A stretch of 40,191 bases of DNA. Origin: a virus. The notes beneath the pieces were generated by a model. That model did no database searches and was not told the origin of the DNA. It was given only the letters and a program-made list of their open reading frames with translations. Shown here in pieces: positions 1-8,685 of the stretch. A program made the position numbers and the translations under genes. Numbering within the stretch: position 1 is the stretch's first letter; each line of letters opens with the position of its first letter. The DNA lies in UHGV virus genome UHGV-1553673; one strand, written 5' to 3'.

Positions 1-441
1 ACGTAAACTTTTTCCGGTTGTTGTCGATAGCTCTATATCCCTCAACCGGAAAATAATAATAGTAAAATGCTTAGCCCTGCTAATAATCGCCTAATCCAAA
101 CGCCTCATTCATGTTCTGGTACAGTCGCTCAAATGTACTTCAGATGCGCGGTTCGCTGATTTCCAGGACATTGTCGTCATTCAGTGACCTGTCCCGTGTA
201 TCACGGTCCTGCGAATTCATCAAGGAATGCATTGCGGAGTGAAGTATCGAGTCACGCCATATTTCGCTATCAGGATTCTGTGTGATGGTTACATCGCCCG
301 GCCCAGGGCTGTTTAGTCATCAGCGCTTTCTGACAGTGCTGAGATTTCAACCTGTTGCAGTAAAAATGAGTAGATATAAGGCAAGTGTGCTGCCAAACCC
401 ATCTTTTACGGGGTGAAGGTAGATTTCGTTTGAAGGGTATC

Positions 442-456
442 TGGTGTCCCCTGCAG
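442..456. repeat. att core copy (integrase-distal); 15 nt identical to the tRNA-Arg 3' terminus
   Basis: Exact match of 442-456 to 40141-40155; on the minus strand it reads CTGCAGGGGACACCA, the tRNA 3' end. Confidence 0.7.
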
Positions 457-529
457 ACATCTACTTGAGGCGGCAGGGGGTTGATTAGAATGGTGTTTTT
501 TAGATGTGAGAAATATTTTACCCGCTATT

Positions 530-730
530 TTACCCATTGGCGCGGCTTAAGAGCTTATTTTTGAATTCACAATGGTCACGATATAACCATCTTGCTCGCC
601 CGTGGATAACTTTGGCTTTAGGCAGGTCTCCGGACTTAATCCGGTCATAGATGAAGGTTTTACCGAAGCCAGTATCGGCCATGATGAATTTCAAATCAAC
701 CAGTGAATCAGGCTGTAATTCGTGTTGCAT
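530..730 (-). CDS. AlpA-family DNA-binding protein, likely excisionase/regulator
   Basis: 66 aa with MerR/AlpA-like HTH pattern (TGFGKTFIYDRIKSGDLPKAKVIHGRARW); sits next to the att site. Confidence 0.7.
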   Translation of the reverse strand: MQHELQPDSLVDLKFIMADTGFGKTFIYDRIKSGDLPKAKVIHGRARWLYRDHCEFKNKLLSRANG

Positions 731-749
731 GGGTGCTATCTCCGAATAG

Positions 750-765
750 GGAATCGAACCTGCAA
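750..765. repeat. Second tRNA-derived fragment (16 nt identical to the tRNA-Arg T-arm region)
   Basis: ggaatcgaacctgcaa at 750-765 equals 40155-40170; lies about 19 nt upstream of the alpA start. Confidence 0.6.
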
Positions 766-772
766 ATCAGGC

Positions 773-797
773 AATAAAAAACCGCATTGATGCGGCG
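773..797 (-). terminator. Putative Rho-independent terminator (minus strand)
   Basis: Hairpin ccgcattgatgcgg (782-795) followed on the minus strand by a T-run (A-run 773-781 on plus). Confidence 0.45.
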
Positions 798-853
798 ATG
801 GTAGGTCTGGATATCATTGAGCAATGAACAGGCCTCATCGAGTGTGAGGCGGG

Positions 854-1198
854 TTAGTCCTTGCGTAACTCGCTAATTCTTCTGTAAGTCTCTGGTGCTT
901 TGTTTCCGTGTATCTTCATTTCAGACTTCAACAGAGCAACGAGAGAATCCCATTCGTTGAGGATGCCTTTGAATGCCGGAACGCGCTTTGCAACCTTGTC
1001 GAATGAATCTCTGATTTCTGGAATCTGCTCAACAAGTGCAACGCATCGCCGGAAATCGGCTGCGTCATGTGGAGCGCCGAAGTGATGACCATAGATATTC
1101 TTTTTCAGTCCACATGCGATTGAGGCAAGAGTTGCGCTACTGATGCCGACATCGCCAGTCGATTGCCATTTCAAAACCTTCATAGCCAAATCTGACAT
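854..1198 (-). CDS. Hypothetical protein (114 aa from internal ATG with RBS)
   Basis: ORF 854..1225; a GGAG-type RBS precedes the ATG at 1198; no family recognised. Confidence 0.5.
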   Translation of the reverse strand: MSDLAMKVLKWQSTGDVGISSATLASIACGLKKNIYGHHFGAPHDAADFRRCVALVEQIPEIRDSFDKVAKRVPAFKGILNEWDSLVALLKSEMKIHGNKAPETYRRISELRKD

Positions 1199-1210
1199 TT
1201 CTTGTCTCCA

Positions 1211-1235
1211 ATAAAAAACCGCCATCAGGCGGCTT
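1211..1235 (-). terminator. Putative Rho-independent terminator (minus strand)
   Basis: Hairpin ccgccatcaggcgg (1219-1232) with a T-run on the minus strand. Confidence 0.45.
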
Positions 1236-1298
1236 GGTGTTCTTTCAGTTCTTCAATTCGAATATTGGTTACATTGTTTTCATATATGAATAAATAAA

Positions 1299-1478
1299 TT
1301 AGCTTTTTTCGTTACCTTCGCGTTCTTTATTAATTTTGACAAACTCGTTTTTACCACGCTCTCCAAATGCGTCTTTAGAGTCGTTGTATCCGCAATCGCA
1401 GCACACATAATCATCAGACCATCCACGCATTGTTTTTTCTTTTGCAATATTTCCAGAACCGCATTTTGGACAAGACAT
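1299..1478 (-). CDS. Small zinc-ribbon protein
   Basis: CPKCG...CCDCG cysteine pairs; GGAGG RBS upstream of the ATG at 1478; chosen over the overlapping frame 1280..1519. Confidence 0.55.
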   Translation of the reverse strand: MSCPKCGSGNIAKEKTMRGWSDDYVCCDCGYNDSKDAFGERGKNEFVKINKEREGNEKS

Positions 1479-1574
1479 ATCACTACCTCCAAAGCATGAG
1501 AGAGATGACAACGTAACATTGATTGGAGATTAACAATAGATTGCTGATGTAAAAGATATGTATAAGCTTAGCTA

Positions 1575-2252
1575 TCAAAGGGGAGGTTCTGGTAGTTGCA
1601 TCCAGTCGGTAACATTGCGACTCTGTGTTTCGAAAAATTCATCACCATTGCGGACAATATCGAAAAACTCTCCGTCTCGATATTGCGCATAAAGAACGAA
1701 TGCGCCATCACATAAAATAATTACGTGCTGACCATCATCTGGCATTAGCTCACTACAGCTTATCCAACCATCCGGAGTTACCGGAGAGTTGCCAGCCAGC
1801 GCGTTCAACTTGTAAGCCTGGCTTACAGGTTCGGCACTATGAAGCATGGCAGCGCGGCAGGCGTTCCAGCCAGATGTTCGCCCAAGCGCGTAAACTTCAG
1901 ATGGCTCAAGATAATCAATGTCATGCCCGTCCTCATCGTCGTTCTCAGGTAATGCAGCAGGTACTACCGGTACTGGCGGGGCGGTGTAAAGTGGAATAGC
2001 TTCTGTCTTGCACCCATCCCCCTTGCCGGGTGATAGTGGCGCAAGACACACCCGCCACGGGCCAATCTGCACACCGTCAAAAAGACTAGTAAGCCGCCAT
2101 TTCCACGCTACAGGCTCCGCTTCGATCGATGCCAGTGCAATCCGTGCCAGTTCTTCCGCTTCTTCTGCTGGCAGTACAACGTTGCTACCCGGTCCGTATG
2201 TTTCTCGCCACTGCTTGATTGTCAGCAGTCGATCTTTGGTAATAGTGGTCAT
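1575..2252 (-). CDS. DUF551-like phage protein
   Basis: C-terminal motif ...WMQLPEPP typical of DUF551; AGGAG RBS before the ATG at 2252; coupled to the upstream gene. Confidence 0.6.
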   Translation of the reverse strand: MTTITKDRLLTIKQWRETYGPGSNVVLPAEEAEELARIALASIEAEPVAWKWRLTSLFDGVQIGPWRVCLAPLSPGKGDGCKTEAIPLYTAPPVPVVPAALPENDDEDGHDIDYLEPSEVYALGRTSGWNACRAAMLHSAEPVSQAYKLNALAGNSPVTPDGWISCSELMPDDGQHVIILCDGAFVLYAQYRDGEFFDIVRNGDEFFETQSRNVTDWMQLPEPPL

Positions 2253-2253
2253 C

Positions 2254-2691
2254 TCACTCTCCTTTGATGCGAATGCCTGTTGCAATGCTGTTTATGATGC
2301 TGTCAGTGCATGGGGTAGAAAGCTGGGCATCTCCAGCAATTTTCATGACCTCAACATCTGCATATCGAATACCGAGGTGTATCAGACCGGCTATGCCTGA
2401 CTTAAGCCGAGCATTTTCCATAAATAGAACCTTTGCCCGCTGTTTTTCTGCTTCAAGCTCAACGCGCAGCTTCCCTACCGTTAGCGCAATATCCTCGTTC
2501 TCCTGATCGCGGCTTTTGATGTATTTCTGGTTTCTTTCCCGTTCATCCAGAAGCGCCAGCACAATGTGTGGCGTTATCAGGGACTCAAATTCGGCAACAG
2601 CTTGCTCGCCTCGCTTGTAATTCTTAATCCCACCTAAATCTTTCGCGTTCTGCGCCACCTCACGCAGTGCCTGGTAATTAATTTCGCTCAC
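2254..2691 (-). CDS. Ea22-like (ead) family protein, paralog A
   Basis: N-terminus MSEINYQALREV shared with the next two genes. Confidence 0.6.
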   Translation of the reverse strand: MSEINYQALREVAQNAKDLGGIKNYKRGEQAVAEFESLITPHIVLALLDERERNQKYIKSRDQENEDIALTVGKLRVELEAEKQRAKVLFMENARLKSGIAGLIHLGIRYADVEVMKIAGDAQLSTPCTDSIINSIATGIRIKGE

Positions 2692-3368
2692 TGATTGCCT
2701 CCTTTGCGAAGCTGGGCAGCAAAGTCAACTAACCACTCAGTCATTTCAACCTTCCCTACCAGGTCTGAACCAGGGTGCATACAGCAATCACTCTGCGCCG
2801 CTTTGAAATCCTTACACTCATATTCTTGGGCCACCAGATTTTTTGCAGCTTCTATAGCAGCATCCACCCCCTGCGCCCGGACTTCAGCCAGGAAAGCATC
2901 AGTGGTTGGCGTTTCAGGTATCTGTCTCCTCATCCGTTCTATTGCATGATTGAACCCGAAGTCTTCCGCGAGAGATACGTCATCCATATTGTCATTGTCA
3001 TCCTCAATATCCCGTGATTCTGGAATTGCAAACTTTATTCCCGCATTCTCCGCTGCCAGCGCCGCGCACTTGGCTTCAAGAGCTGCAACCACTTCCTGAT
3101 GGTCTTTGTACTTAACGTATGAGCCGGAGATGTCATCACCTTCGGTGTTTAGCCATGCGTCATTGCAATTCACTGCGTAGGTTCTGATGCTGATGCTCTC
3201 CCGCCCCTGACAGACGCCAGGCCAGTCAATAAAGTATCCGCAATGCCTACCCTCAGACGTGCGCGCAGGATAAATGCCGTTATGACCCGGCAAAATATAT
3301 GCTACCCATTCATCTTGCGTTGCCTGTTCCGCCGCCTCGCGCAGTTCTTGATAGTCAATCTTGCTCAC
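2688..3368 (-). CDS. Ea22-like family protein, paralog B
   Basis: N-terminus [13 protein letters not shown]; C-terminus [13 protein letters not shown]...LRKGGNQ shared with paralog C. Confidence 0.6.
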   Translation of the reverse strand: MSKIDYQELREAAEQATQDEWVAYILPGHNGIYPARTSEGRHCGYFIDWPGVCQGRESISIRTYAVNCNDAWLNTEGDDISGSYVKYKDHQEVVAALEAKCAALAAENAGIKFAIPESRDIEDDNDNMDDVSLAEDFGFNHAIERMRRQIPETPTTDAFLAEVRAQGVDAAIEAAKNLVAQEYECKDFKAAQSDCCMHPGSDLVGKVEMTEWLVDFAAQLRKGGNQ

Positions 3369-3865
3369 TGGTTGCCTCCTTTGCGAAGCTCAGCGGCGAA
3401 CAAACGTACACCAGACGCTTCACTGCGTAGAAACTTAACGGCATAATCAAAACCACCTCGTTCTGCGTCGTCTGCTCCGTTGTCGAGGTTATCTGCGTAC
3501 ATCTCTACCCCCTGCGCCAGCACTTCAGCCAGGAAGGCGTCGGTTGCTGTGGTGTTAAGTGAAAAGTCCTGTCGGCCTGATTTCAGATACGCAATGGCGA
3601 TCTTTGTTGCTGCGCATTCGACAGCGAATTTCTCTTTTTCAGCATCCAGCGCCGCGCACTTGGCCTCAAGGTTATCAATCGTGATTCCAGCAGAACGACA
3701 CTCCCGCAACGCCGTTTCTAGTTTTGATTCAAGTTCACCGAACTTACGCACCAGATATTCAGCGTTTGTTTCGTTAACCTTTAAATCTCGGGGGATGCAT
3801 TTACCTTTCAGAAAACCATCCATCTCAATTAGTGACATTTGTTTCATTTCTTCCCACTCCGCCAC
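3365..3865 (-). CDS. Ea22-like family protein, paralog C
   Basis: Shares the C-terminal block [13 protein letters not shown]...LRKGGNQ with paralog B. Confidence 0.55.
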   Translation of the reverse strand: MAEWEEMKQMSLIEMDGFLKGKCIPRDLKVNETNAEYLVRKFGELESKLETALRECRSAGITIDNLEAKCAALDAEKEKFAVECAATKIAIAYLKSGRQDFSLNTTATDAFLAEVLAQGVEMYADNLDNGADDAERGGFDYAVKFLRSEASGVRLFAAELRKGGNQ

Positions 3866-4026
3866 ATTGCATTCAGATATTTGTTGTCATTAACAGAGCC
3901 GAAACTATTTCTCTTAAGCAATTCCTCTCTCGATGGCATTGGCTTTACGCGTTGGCGAATAATCATTTCTGCCGGAAGAATGCCGGGATTGTATGCAAGT
4001 CCTCTCATGGTAAATTTCTCAGTCAT
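3844..4026 (-). CDS. Hypothetical small early protein (60 aa)
   Basis: ATG at 4026 overlaps the stop of the upstream gene (ATGACTGA), indicating translational coupling. Confidence 0.45.
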   Translation of the reverse strand: MTEKFTMRGLAYNPGILPAEMIIRQRVKPMPSREELLKRNSFGSVNDNKYLNAMWRSGKK

Positions 4027-4312
4027 TACTGATAGCGCCATAACGTGAGCGGTAATTACGCAGGCGCGGGTCAATTTCAGGGAAGTGGGTATATGTGGCT
4101 TTGCGGAATGGTCGGATTGATGTCTGGTAAATTCGCTCGCGTTCTTCTTTCTCTGCAAGCCATATACAGTGGCGAAATTCCTTTTCCTCTTTCGTTTCCT
4201 GCGGTAGCGACATTATCCGATCGTAGTTTTTCCTGAATTTATCCAGCACCTCCGATACGGAATTGCCGGAACAGCGGCGCGGGTCATCCGCACCATACAG
4301 AGGCGCTGGCAT
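4019..4312 (-). CDS. Hypothetical early protein (97 aa); possibly Abc-type anti-RecBCD by position
   Basis: Sits downstream of erf/ssb where P22 carries abc1/abc2; sequence not recognised with certainty. Confidence 0.45.
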   Translation of the reverse strand: MPAPLYGADDPRRCSGNSVSEVLDKFRKNYDRIMSLPQETKEEKEFRHCIWLAEKEERERIYQTSIRPFRKATYTHFPEIDPRLRNYRSRYGAISND

Positions 4313-4335
4313 AATGGAATCCTTATTTTTCTAAA

Positions 4336-4719
4336 TCAGAATGGGATGGAATCGTCGTATACAGGAGTGTTCTGCTGGTTACTACTTTGCTGCTGCGGGC
4401 TGTTTCCTGAAGTTGCAAATCCAATCTTTGCATTCAGTAATTCAAGAGTGATTGATTGACCATTTTGCCCCTGATAAACATCAACCCTGATGTTTTCTCC
4501 GGTAATTTCTACAATGCCACCTTCAACAAGAACACTACGGTAGTAATCCGCTTGCGCTCCCGGCTTGGCAAATACAACGGCGCTGTAGTTTGTCCATTCT
4601 TTCTTTTTTGTCTGGCGATCGTAATACTGAACGCCAGCACGGATATTGAATCCGATATTTTCCCCGGCCTGAAACTCTCTTGCGGGCTTGTTTAGTCTTA
4701 CAGTAATCGAATGTGCCAT
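4336..4719 (-). CDS. ssb: Single-stranded DNA-binding protein
   Basis: Acidic C-terminal tail ...YDDSIPF typical of SSB; start overlaps the erf stop (TAATG). Confidence 0.75.
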   Translation of the reverse strand: MAHSITVRLNKPAREFQAGENIGFNIRAGVQYYDRQTKKKEWTNYSAVVFAKPGAQADYYRSVLVEGGIVEITGENIRVDVYQGQNGQSITLELLNAKIGFATSGNSPQQQSSNQQNTPVYDDSIPF

Positions 4720-5324
4720 TAAGCAGCCGCTCCTTCTAATTCGTCTCGTCTGATGTTGTAAACGTCCTGCGCTTTGTGCTGCTCAGGTGTGCCTTCGAGC
4801 ATCTTCCACGCTTTGGCGAACGCCTGTTTAAGCTCTTCTACGGTGTTTTTCTGCAATGCTGCGTCAGTGAATGCTTTTAGAACCTGTTCAGGTGTAGGTG
4901 ATGGTTTTGATTGCTTTGCTGCTGCGTTCTGCTGATGTTTATGCTCGTCGGTATCTGCATCTTTTGCATCATCAATGCCGAACAAACCATTGAGGCAATA
5001 CTTGCGTGCATAAGAGCTTGTAGCTCCCGTAACTTGTGCAGAATCCATTCCTTTCTTGCTTTCTTCCTCTCGTGCAAGAGCGGTTGCCGTATGACTGTTT
5101 TCGCCATCGGTAATAGTTGCCGTGGCTTTCACGTAATACCGATCACCAATCAACACAACTTCATCGCTGATTGATAAAAACAGACCATTCAGTAACGGCT
5201 TAACGCCTTCAAGAATATCTTCGCAGCTTCTGTATTTATATTTACCGAATGAGTTGTACTGATTTTTTGGCGCGTTCAGATTCTCCTGAATGGCTGCCAG
5301 TCTTGCGTAAAATTCTTTGCTCAT
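4719..5324 (-). CDS. erf: Erf-family single-strand annealing recombinase
   Basis: N-terminus MSKEFYARLAAIQENLNAPKNQYNSFGKYKYRSCEDILEGVKPLL matches P22 Erf as I recall it. Confidence 0.8.
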   Translation of the reverse strand: MSKEFYARLAAIQENLNAPKNQYNSFGKYKYRSCEDILEGVKPLLNGLFLSISDEVVLIGDRYYVKATATITDGENSHTATALAREEESKKGMDSAQVTGATSSYARKYCLNGLFGIDDAKDADTDEHKHQQNAAAKQSKPSPTPEQVLKAFTDAALQKNTVEELKQAFAKAWKMLEGTPEQHKAQDVYNIRRDELEGAAA

Positions 5325-5425
5325 ATGACTGTTCTCAGAATGGACATGGCCCAAGGAAATAACGCTGATTTAATACTTCGACTCGGGACAAATTAAGGCA
5401 TACCCGCATTCCTTCGCGGTCGCCA

Positions 5426-5584
5426 TTATGGCGATACCAGAGAGCTTTCTGTGTGTACATGCGTCTCTGTAACTTGCTCTCCTTCACTGTGGTTGCAAGT
5501 GACATGAATATCTCCTTCGTTACCGATTAATTCTTTCATCTGACGAATGAATTCTTCGTCTGACCAGTTATCTGTAAAACTCAT
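5426..5584 (-). CDS. Hypothetical small protein (52 aa from MSFTDNW)
   Basis: ATG overlaps the stop of an upstream 56-aa ORF (ATGA). Confidence 0.35.
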   Translation of the reverse strand: MSFTDNWSDEEFIRQMKELIGNEGDIHVTCNHSEGEQVTETHVHTESSLVSP

Positions 5585-5751
5585 GGACGGCCTTGTTGTT
5601 TCAAAATATCCCAAAGCTTTTCGAGCAAGCTTTTCATTCTTGGTTGTTTAAAGTCTGCTCCGGTTAAAATATTTTTTCGTGAATGCTGTACCGATAAAAT
5701 CGGGTTGAAAGGGCGAACCGATGCCGCCCCTGCAATAGCGAACTGTTGCAT
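5581..5751 (-). CDS. Hypothetical small protein (56 aa), kil-region position
   Basis: GAAGGAG RBS 6 nt before the ATG at 5751; below the 60-aa cutoff of the ORF track. Confidence 0.35.
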   Translation of the reverse strand: MQQFAIAGAASVRPFNPILSVQHSRKNILTGADFKQPRMKSLLEKLWDILKQQGRP

Positions 5752-5834
5752 AGGATGCTCCTTCTGTTTGATTGCATAACGAAAACGCCTCGAGTGAAGC
5801 GTTATTGGTATGCGGTAAAGCCGCGCTCAGGCGG

Positions 5835-6809
5835 CTATTTGATGTCTTGCGTGTAGCCTGTACCGCAACAGCATGAGCATTGCTCTATTGGCGCGTGAAT
5901 GGTATCCATAAGCGTCGTAAGGAAGTTATCAATCATTTCCTTTAGCTCCCATTCGTTATTGGCTTTGAACCCTTTAATCGCCGTATAACCTTTGTAATTT
6001 TCTTGGTCATGTGTCATTTGGAAAATTTCAATTTCTTTCACCGTGTCAGTCTTAAAGTGCAACTTTGCTCTTTGCTTCTTGGTTCTGGCAAAAATATCCT
6101 GATATGAATATGTGTGAGGCTTAAGGAGCGGTATTATTTTTTTAACGGTAAAGCAAAATGCGTAATCACTTGTTATTCTAGCCAGTTTGTTGTCGATGTT
6201 ATCTTTTACGTGCTGGCGTACAATGTCATACATTTCTTTTGATGAAATTTCACAAGGGCTGTTAGCCCGCAAAGGCTCAGGAATTATGATGCAGTCAACA
6301 AGAGAGTGTTTTACGTTTATGTTTTTTACAACGTACCTCTCCTCCCGGAACCCAACATGCCTAATTGCAGAGTAATTAAATTCTGGTGCGTCACGAAAAT
6401 TTTCAACCTCACATACTAATGTGAATTCAGCGTCAACTGGAGAGGTGTAATCAGGTGCAGTATCGTATTTGTATTCATAAAGAGAGCCTCTGATATCCTC
6501 GTCCACTGCGTCACGCTCATTGTAACTAAGTGTCAAAGGGTATTTTTTACTCTCAAGTTCAGCATCTTTAAGCTCGTAGCGAACATTAATTCTTTCACCA
6601 GAGATAATTCTCTCAACCTTTTCAGGGTAATGTTCAATTTCAAACCAGTTTTTGTGAAAGCTGGCTTTGGGTTTAACTCCGTCAAATAGGAGATCAGCAA
6701 TTTTAGATTGATGGTACTGGTAGTGATAACCGTCCTTTGCTGTGCAATCAGTGATAAAACATTTACCAGCGTCGGTTTTAATAATGCTTATTTGCAATGC
6801 GTTACTCAT
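5835..6809 (-). CDS. Hypothetical 324-aa protein in an AT-rich moron; candidate accessory/defence gene
   Basis: GC visibly lower than the flanks; GGAGG RBS before the ATG at 6809; hairpins flank both ends; cysteine-rich C-terminus CSCCCGTG; no family recognised. Confidence 0.6.
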   Translation of the reverse strand: MSNALQISIIKTDAGKCFITDCTAKDGYHYQYHQSKIADLLFDGVKPKASFHKNWFEIEHYPEKVERIISGERINVRYELKDAELESKKYPLTLSYNERDAVDEDIRGSLYEYKYDTAPDYTSPVDAEFTLVCEVENFRDAPEFNYSAIRHVGFREERYVVKNINVKHSLVDCIIIPEPLRANSPCEISSKEMYDIVRQHVKDNIDNKLARITSDYAFCFTVKKIIPLLKPHTYSYQDIFARTKKQRAKLHFKTDTVKEIEIFQMTHDQENYKGYTAIKGFKANNEWELKEMIDNFLTTLMDTIHAPIEQCSCCCGTGYTQDIK

Positions 6810-6983
6810 ATCTCCTCCAGGCAAAAAGAATGCCCTCACACTGGAGGGCAAAGAAGATTTCCAATAATCAGAACAAGTCGGCTCCTGTTTAGTTACGAGC
6901 GACATTGCTCCGTGTATTCACTCGTTGGAATGAATACACAGTGCAGTGTTTATTCTGTTGTTTATGCCAAAAATAAAGGCCGA

Positions 6984-7607
6984 CTATGCGGCCTCGGAAG
7001 GAAGTCCAATCATCTTATTCAAATCTTCTACCCGTAAAGCAGGAAGTGCTGTACTTGCTTTGTCTGCTTCTTTTGGTAGCAATTCTTTGCTTTCAGGCCA
7101 AACTTCAATAAGTCGCTTAACTGTTGTGACTGAGTTCAAAGCAGCCCATACATTTGATTCGATATCCTTTTTCTTGGCTTCAAGTTTTTGTTGCAATGCG
7201 CAGATTTCATCAAACCTTTTTGTTATTTCGTGTTCTGCGTCAAACATGCATTTATCTTTGGTCGGAGTAGGGAGCAATATATCTTCGCCGTTGCCGTCTT
7301 TCCCATATGAATGCCATCCAACCCTTCTGCCAGATACAGTCAGATAAATTGAAGTAGAACGAACATCGTATGAGTAAAATGAACATCCCATCTTTTCAAG
7401 TTCTTCACTTATAGCTACCAACTTGGATGATAACTGATCCACTTCCTCAGTTTTCTTTTTACCGCCAAACGCAATAACTCTGGCGTCAAGTGCAAGCTGG
7501 TTCTTTAACTTTGTTACTTCTTCAAGTTCAGTGAAAACCCCAGACTTAATTAAAGCGTTACGAGCGATTTCCTCTTTCATTCTCGTAGTTAAGCGGATTG
7601 ATGACAT
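6984..7607 (-). CDS. Hypothetical 207-aa protein (AT-rich region)
   Basis: RBS gagagg before the ATG at 7607; central coiled-coil-like stretch; family uncertain. Confidence 0.5.
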   Translation of the reverse strand: MSSIRLTTRMKEEIARNALIKSGVFTELEEVTKLKNQLALDARVIAFGGKKKTEEVDQLSSKLVAISEELEKMGCSFYSYDVRSTSIYLTVSGRRVGWHSYGKDGNGEDILLPTPTKDKCMFDAEHEITKRFDEICALQQKLEAKKKDIESNVWAALNSVTTVKRLIEVWPESKELLPKEADKASTALPALRVEDLNKMIGLPSEAA

Positions 7608-7672
7608 ATTAATTCCTCTCAAATAAGTGCTTTGCTGCCAAAACAATGAACCATCCGGAAATTCCAGATAGT

Positions 7673-7897
7673 TCATAATTCACTCTTCAATACTTCCAAC
7701 TTACTAATCGCCGATAGATATCCGCGCTGATAGGGCATCATCATTCCTTCGAGCTTGCCACTTCTTAACTCCTCCCTGAGCAATTGTATTGCTTGATCAA
7801 TAACCTCTGCCTTAGCGTCCTTTATGGCTTGCTTGCGGGGCTTTGCTTTCTGCTTTGGCAGATTTCTCAAGCATGATGGAATGTATGTCTGATTCAT
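7673..7897 (-). CDS. Hypothetical small protein (74 aa)
   Basis: Lies directly downstream of the N-like gene on the same strand. Confidence 0.4.
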   Translation of the reverse strand: MNQTYIPSCLRNLPKQKAKPRKQAIKDAKAEVIDQAIQLLREELRSGKLEGMMMPYQRGYLSAISKLEVLKSEL

Positions 7898-7900
7898 CAC

Positions 7901-8173
7901 TTACCTGGCTGTCAGTTGTTTTGATTTCCGGTAGCCTGCCGAGTAAATGGCTACGTTTGGCAGGCAAATACTTCCACTGCATTCTTCTGCCTTCTTGCAG
8001 CGAAGGCTTCCGAGTGATGCTGCTTTGTCTGCTCTGACGCAACCAGAGAGATTTAGCGCAATTTTTCGCGCCAGTGCTTCATTACTGCGTCGCTCGGCAA
8101 TAAGTTCTGCTCTGCGAGCTTTGTAGCGGCTTTTTGCCGTACCTTTGGATTCTTTCCAGACAATGGTTACCAT
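7901..8173 (-). CDS. N-type transcription antiterminator (P22 gene 24-like)
   Basis: Arg-rich motif near the N-terminus (KSRYKARRAELIAERR); C-terminus ...AGYRKSKQLTAR resembles P22 gp24; AAGGAG RBS; nutL immediately upstream. Confidence 0.75.
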   Translation of the reverse strand: MVTIVWKESKGTAKSRYKARRAELIAERRSNEALARKIALNLSGCVRADKAASLGSLRCKKAEECSGSICLPNVAIYSAGYRKSKQLTAR

Positions 8174-8283
8174 GATGGTCTCCTTTAAGTGGCTTTGGCG
8201 CATGACGCGTCGAGGTGCTTATCTTCTCGATCGCTGTCTTGCAGCTGCAATTCGCGCCATCCCCAAAACCACTCAAGTTCTGG

Positions 8284-8323
8284 TCTCAACGGTTAGGTTG
8301 AGAGTCCGTCGATGTTAAAGAGC
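8284..8323 (-). promoter_or_regulatory. nutL: boxA GCTCTTTAACA plus boxB hairpin
   Basis: Minus-strand boxA at 8313-8323 and hairpin TCTCAAC-CTAACC-GTTGAGA at 8284-8303. Confidence 0.7.
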
Positions 8324-8369
8324 CTGCCAATCTGTTCCTTGTGGCGTCTCAGCGTCCTGCTGATGGAAA

Positions 8370-8440
8370 TGATAGTCACATATTGTGATTTAATGGTCAA
8401 TCACAAAATGTGTAAAATAAAGGTGTGACACGTTATGTGT
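8370..8440 (-). promoter_or_regulatory. OL operators and putative pL
   Basis: Repeated ATCACA..TGTG operator-like motifs resembling those at OR; minus-strand TTGACC then a 17-nt spacer. Confidence 0.55.
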
Positions 8441-8650
8441 ATGATTTTTTTGTGTAAATAGTTTTACCCGCGATGGTTTTGCTTACTTAAGTCGGTGACA
8501 ACAGCAGGATGGGTGCTGAAAAGTTCGAAAAACGAGCGAATGGGGTGGTGGCGAGATGGCGGGATATGGGAGTTGTATTAAGAATTATAGTAATTTAATC
8601 AATAGTTTGGACCGGCGGGCAGGTGCTGTCCTGATAGTGATCGGCGGGCA

Positions 8651-8676
8651 ATAAAAAACCCGGCTCGGTGGCCGGA
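8651..8676 (-). terminator. Rho-independent terminator after the cI-linked operon
   Basis: Minus strand CCGGC-caccga-GCCGG followed by GTTTTTTAT. Confidence 0.6.
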
Positions 8677-8685
8677 TTTGCTAAA

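Noticed and set aside
1-441. Left flank outside the prophage
   Set aside because: No ORF of 60 aa or more and nothing I recognise; probably host intergenic or degraded sequence.
900-1085. Plus-strand ORF of 61 aa lying antisense to the 854..1198 gene
   Set aside because: Fully embedded opposite a better-supported minus-strand gene; no RBS seen; typical antisense artefact.
1280-1519. Alternative 79-aa frame overlapping the zinc-ribbon gene
   Set aside because: The other frame (1299..1478) has a GGAGG RBS and paired CxxC motifs; this frame has neither.
8082-8276. 64-aa ORF overlapping the N-like gene in another frame
   Set aside because: Overlaps the well-supported antiterminator gene and would run into nutL; no RBS.
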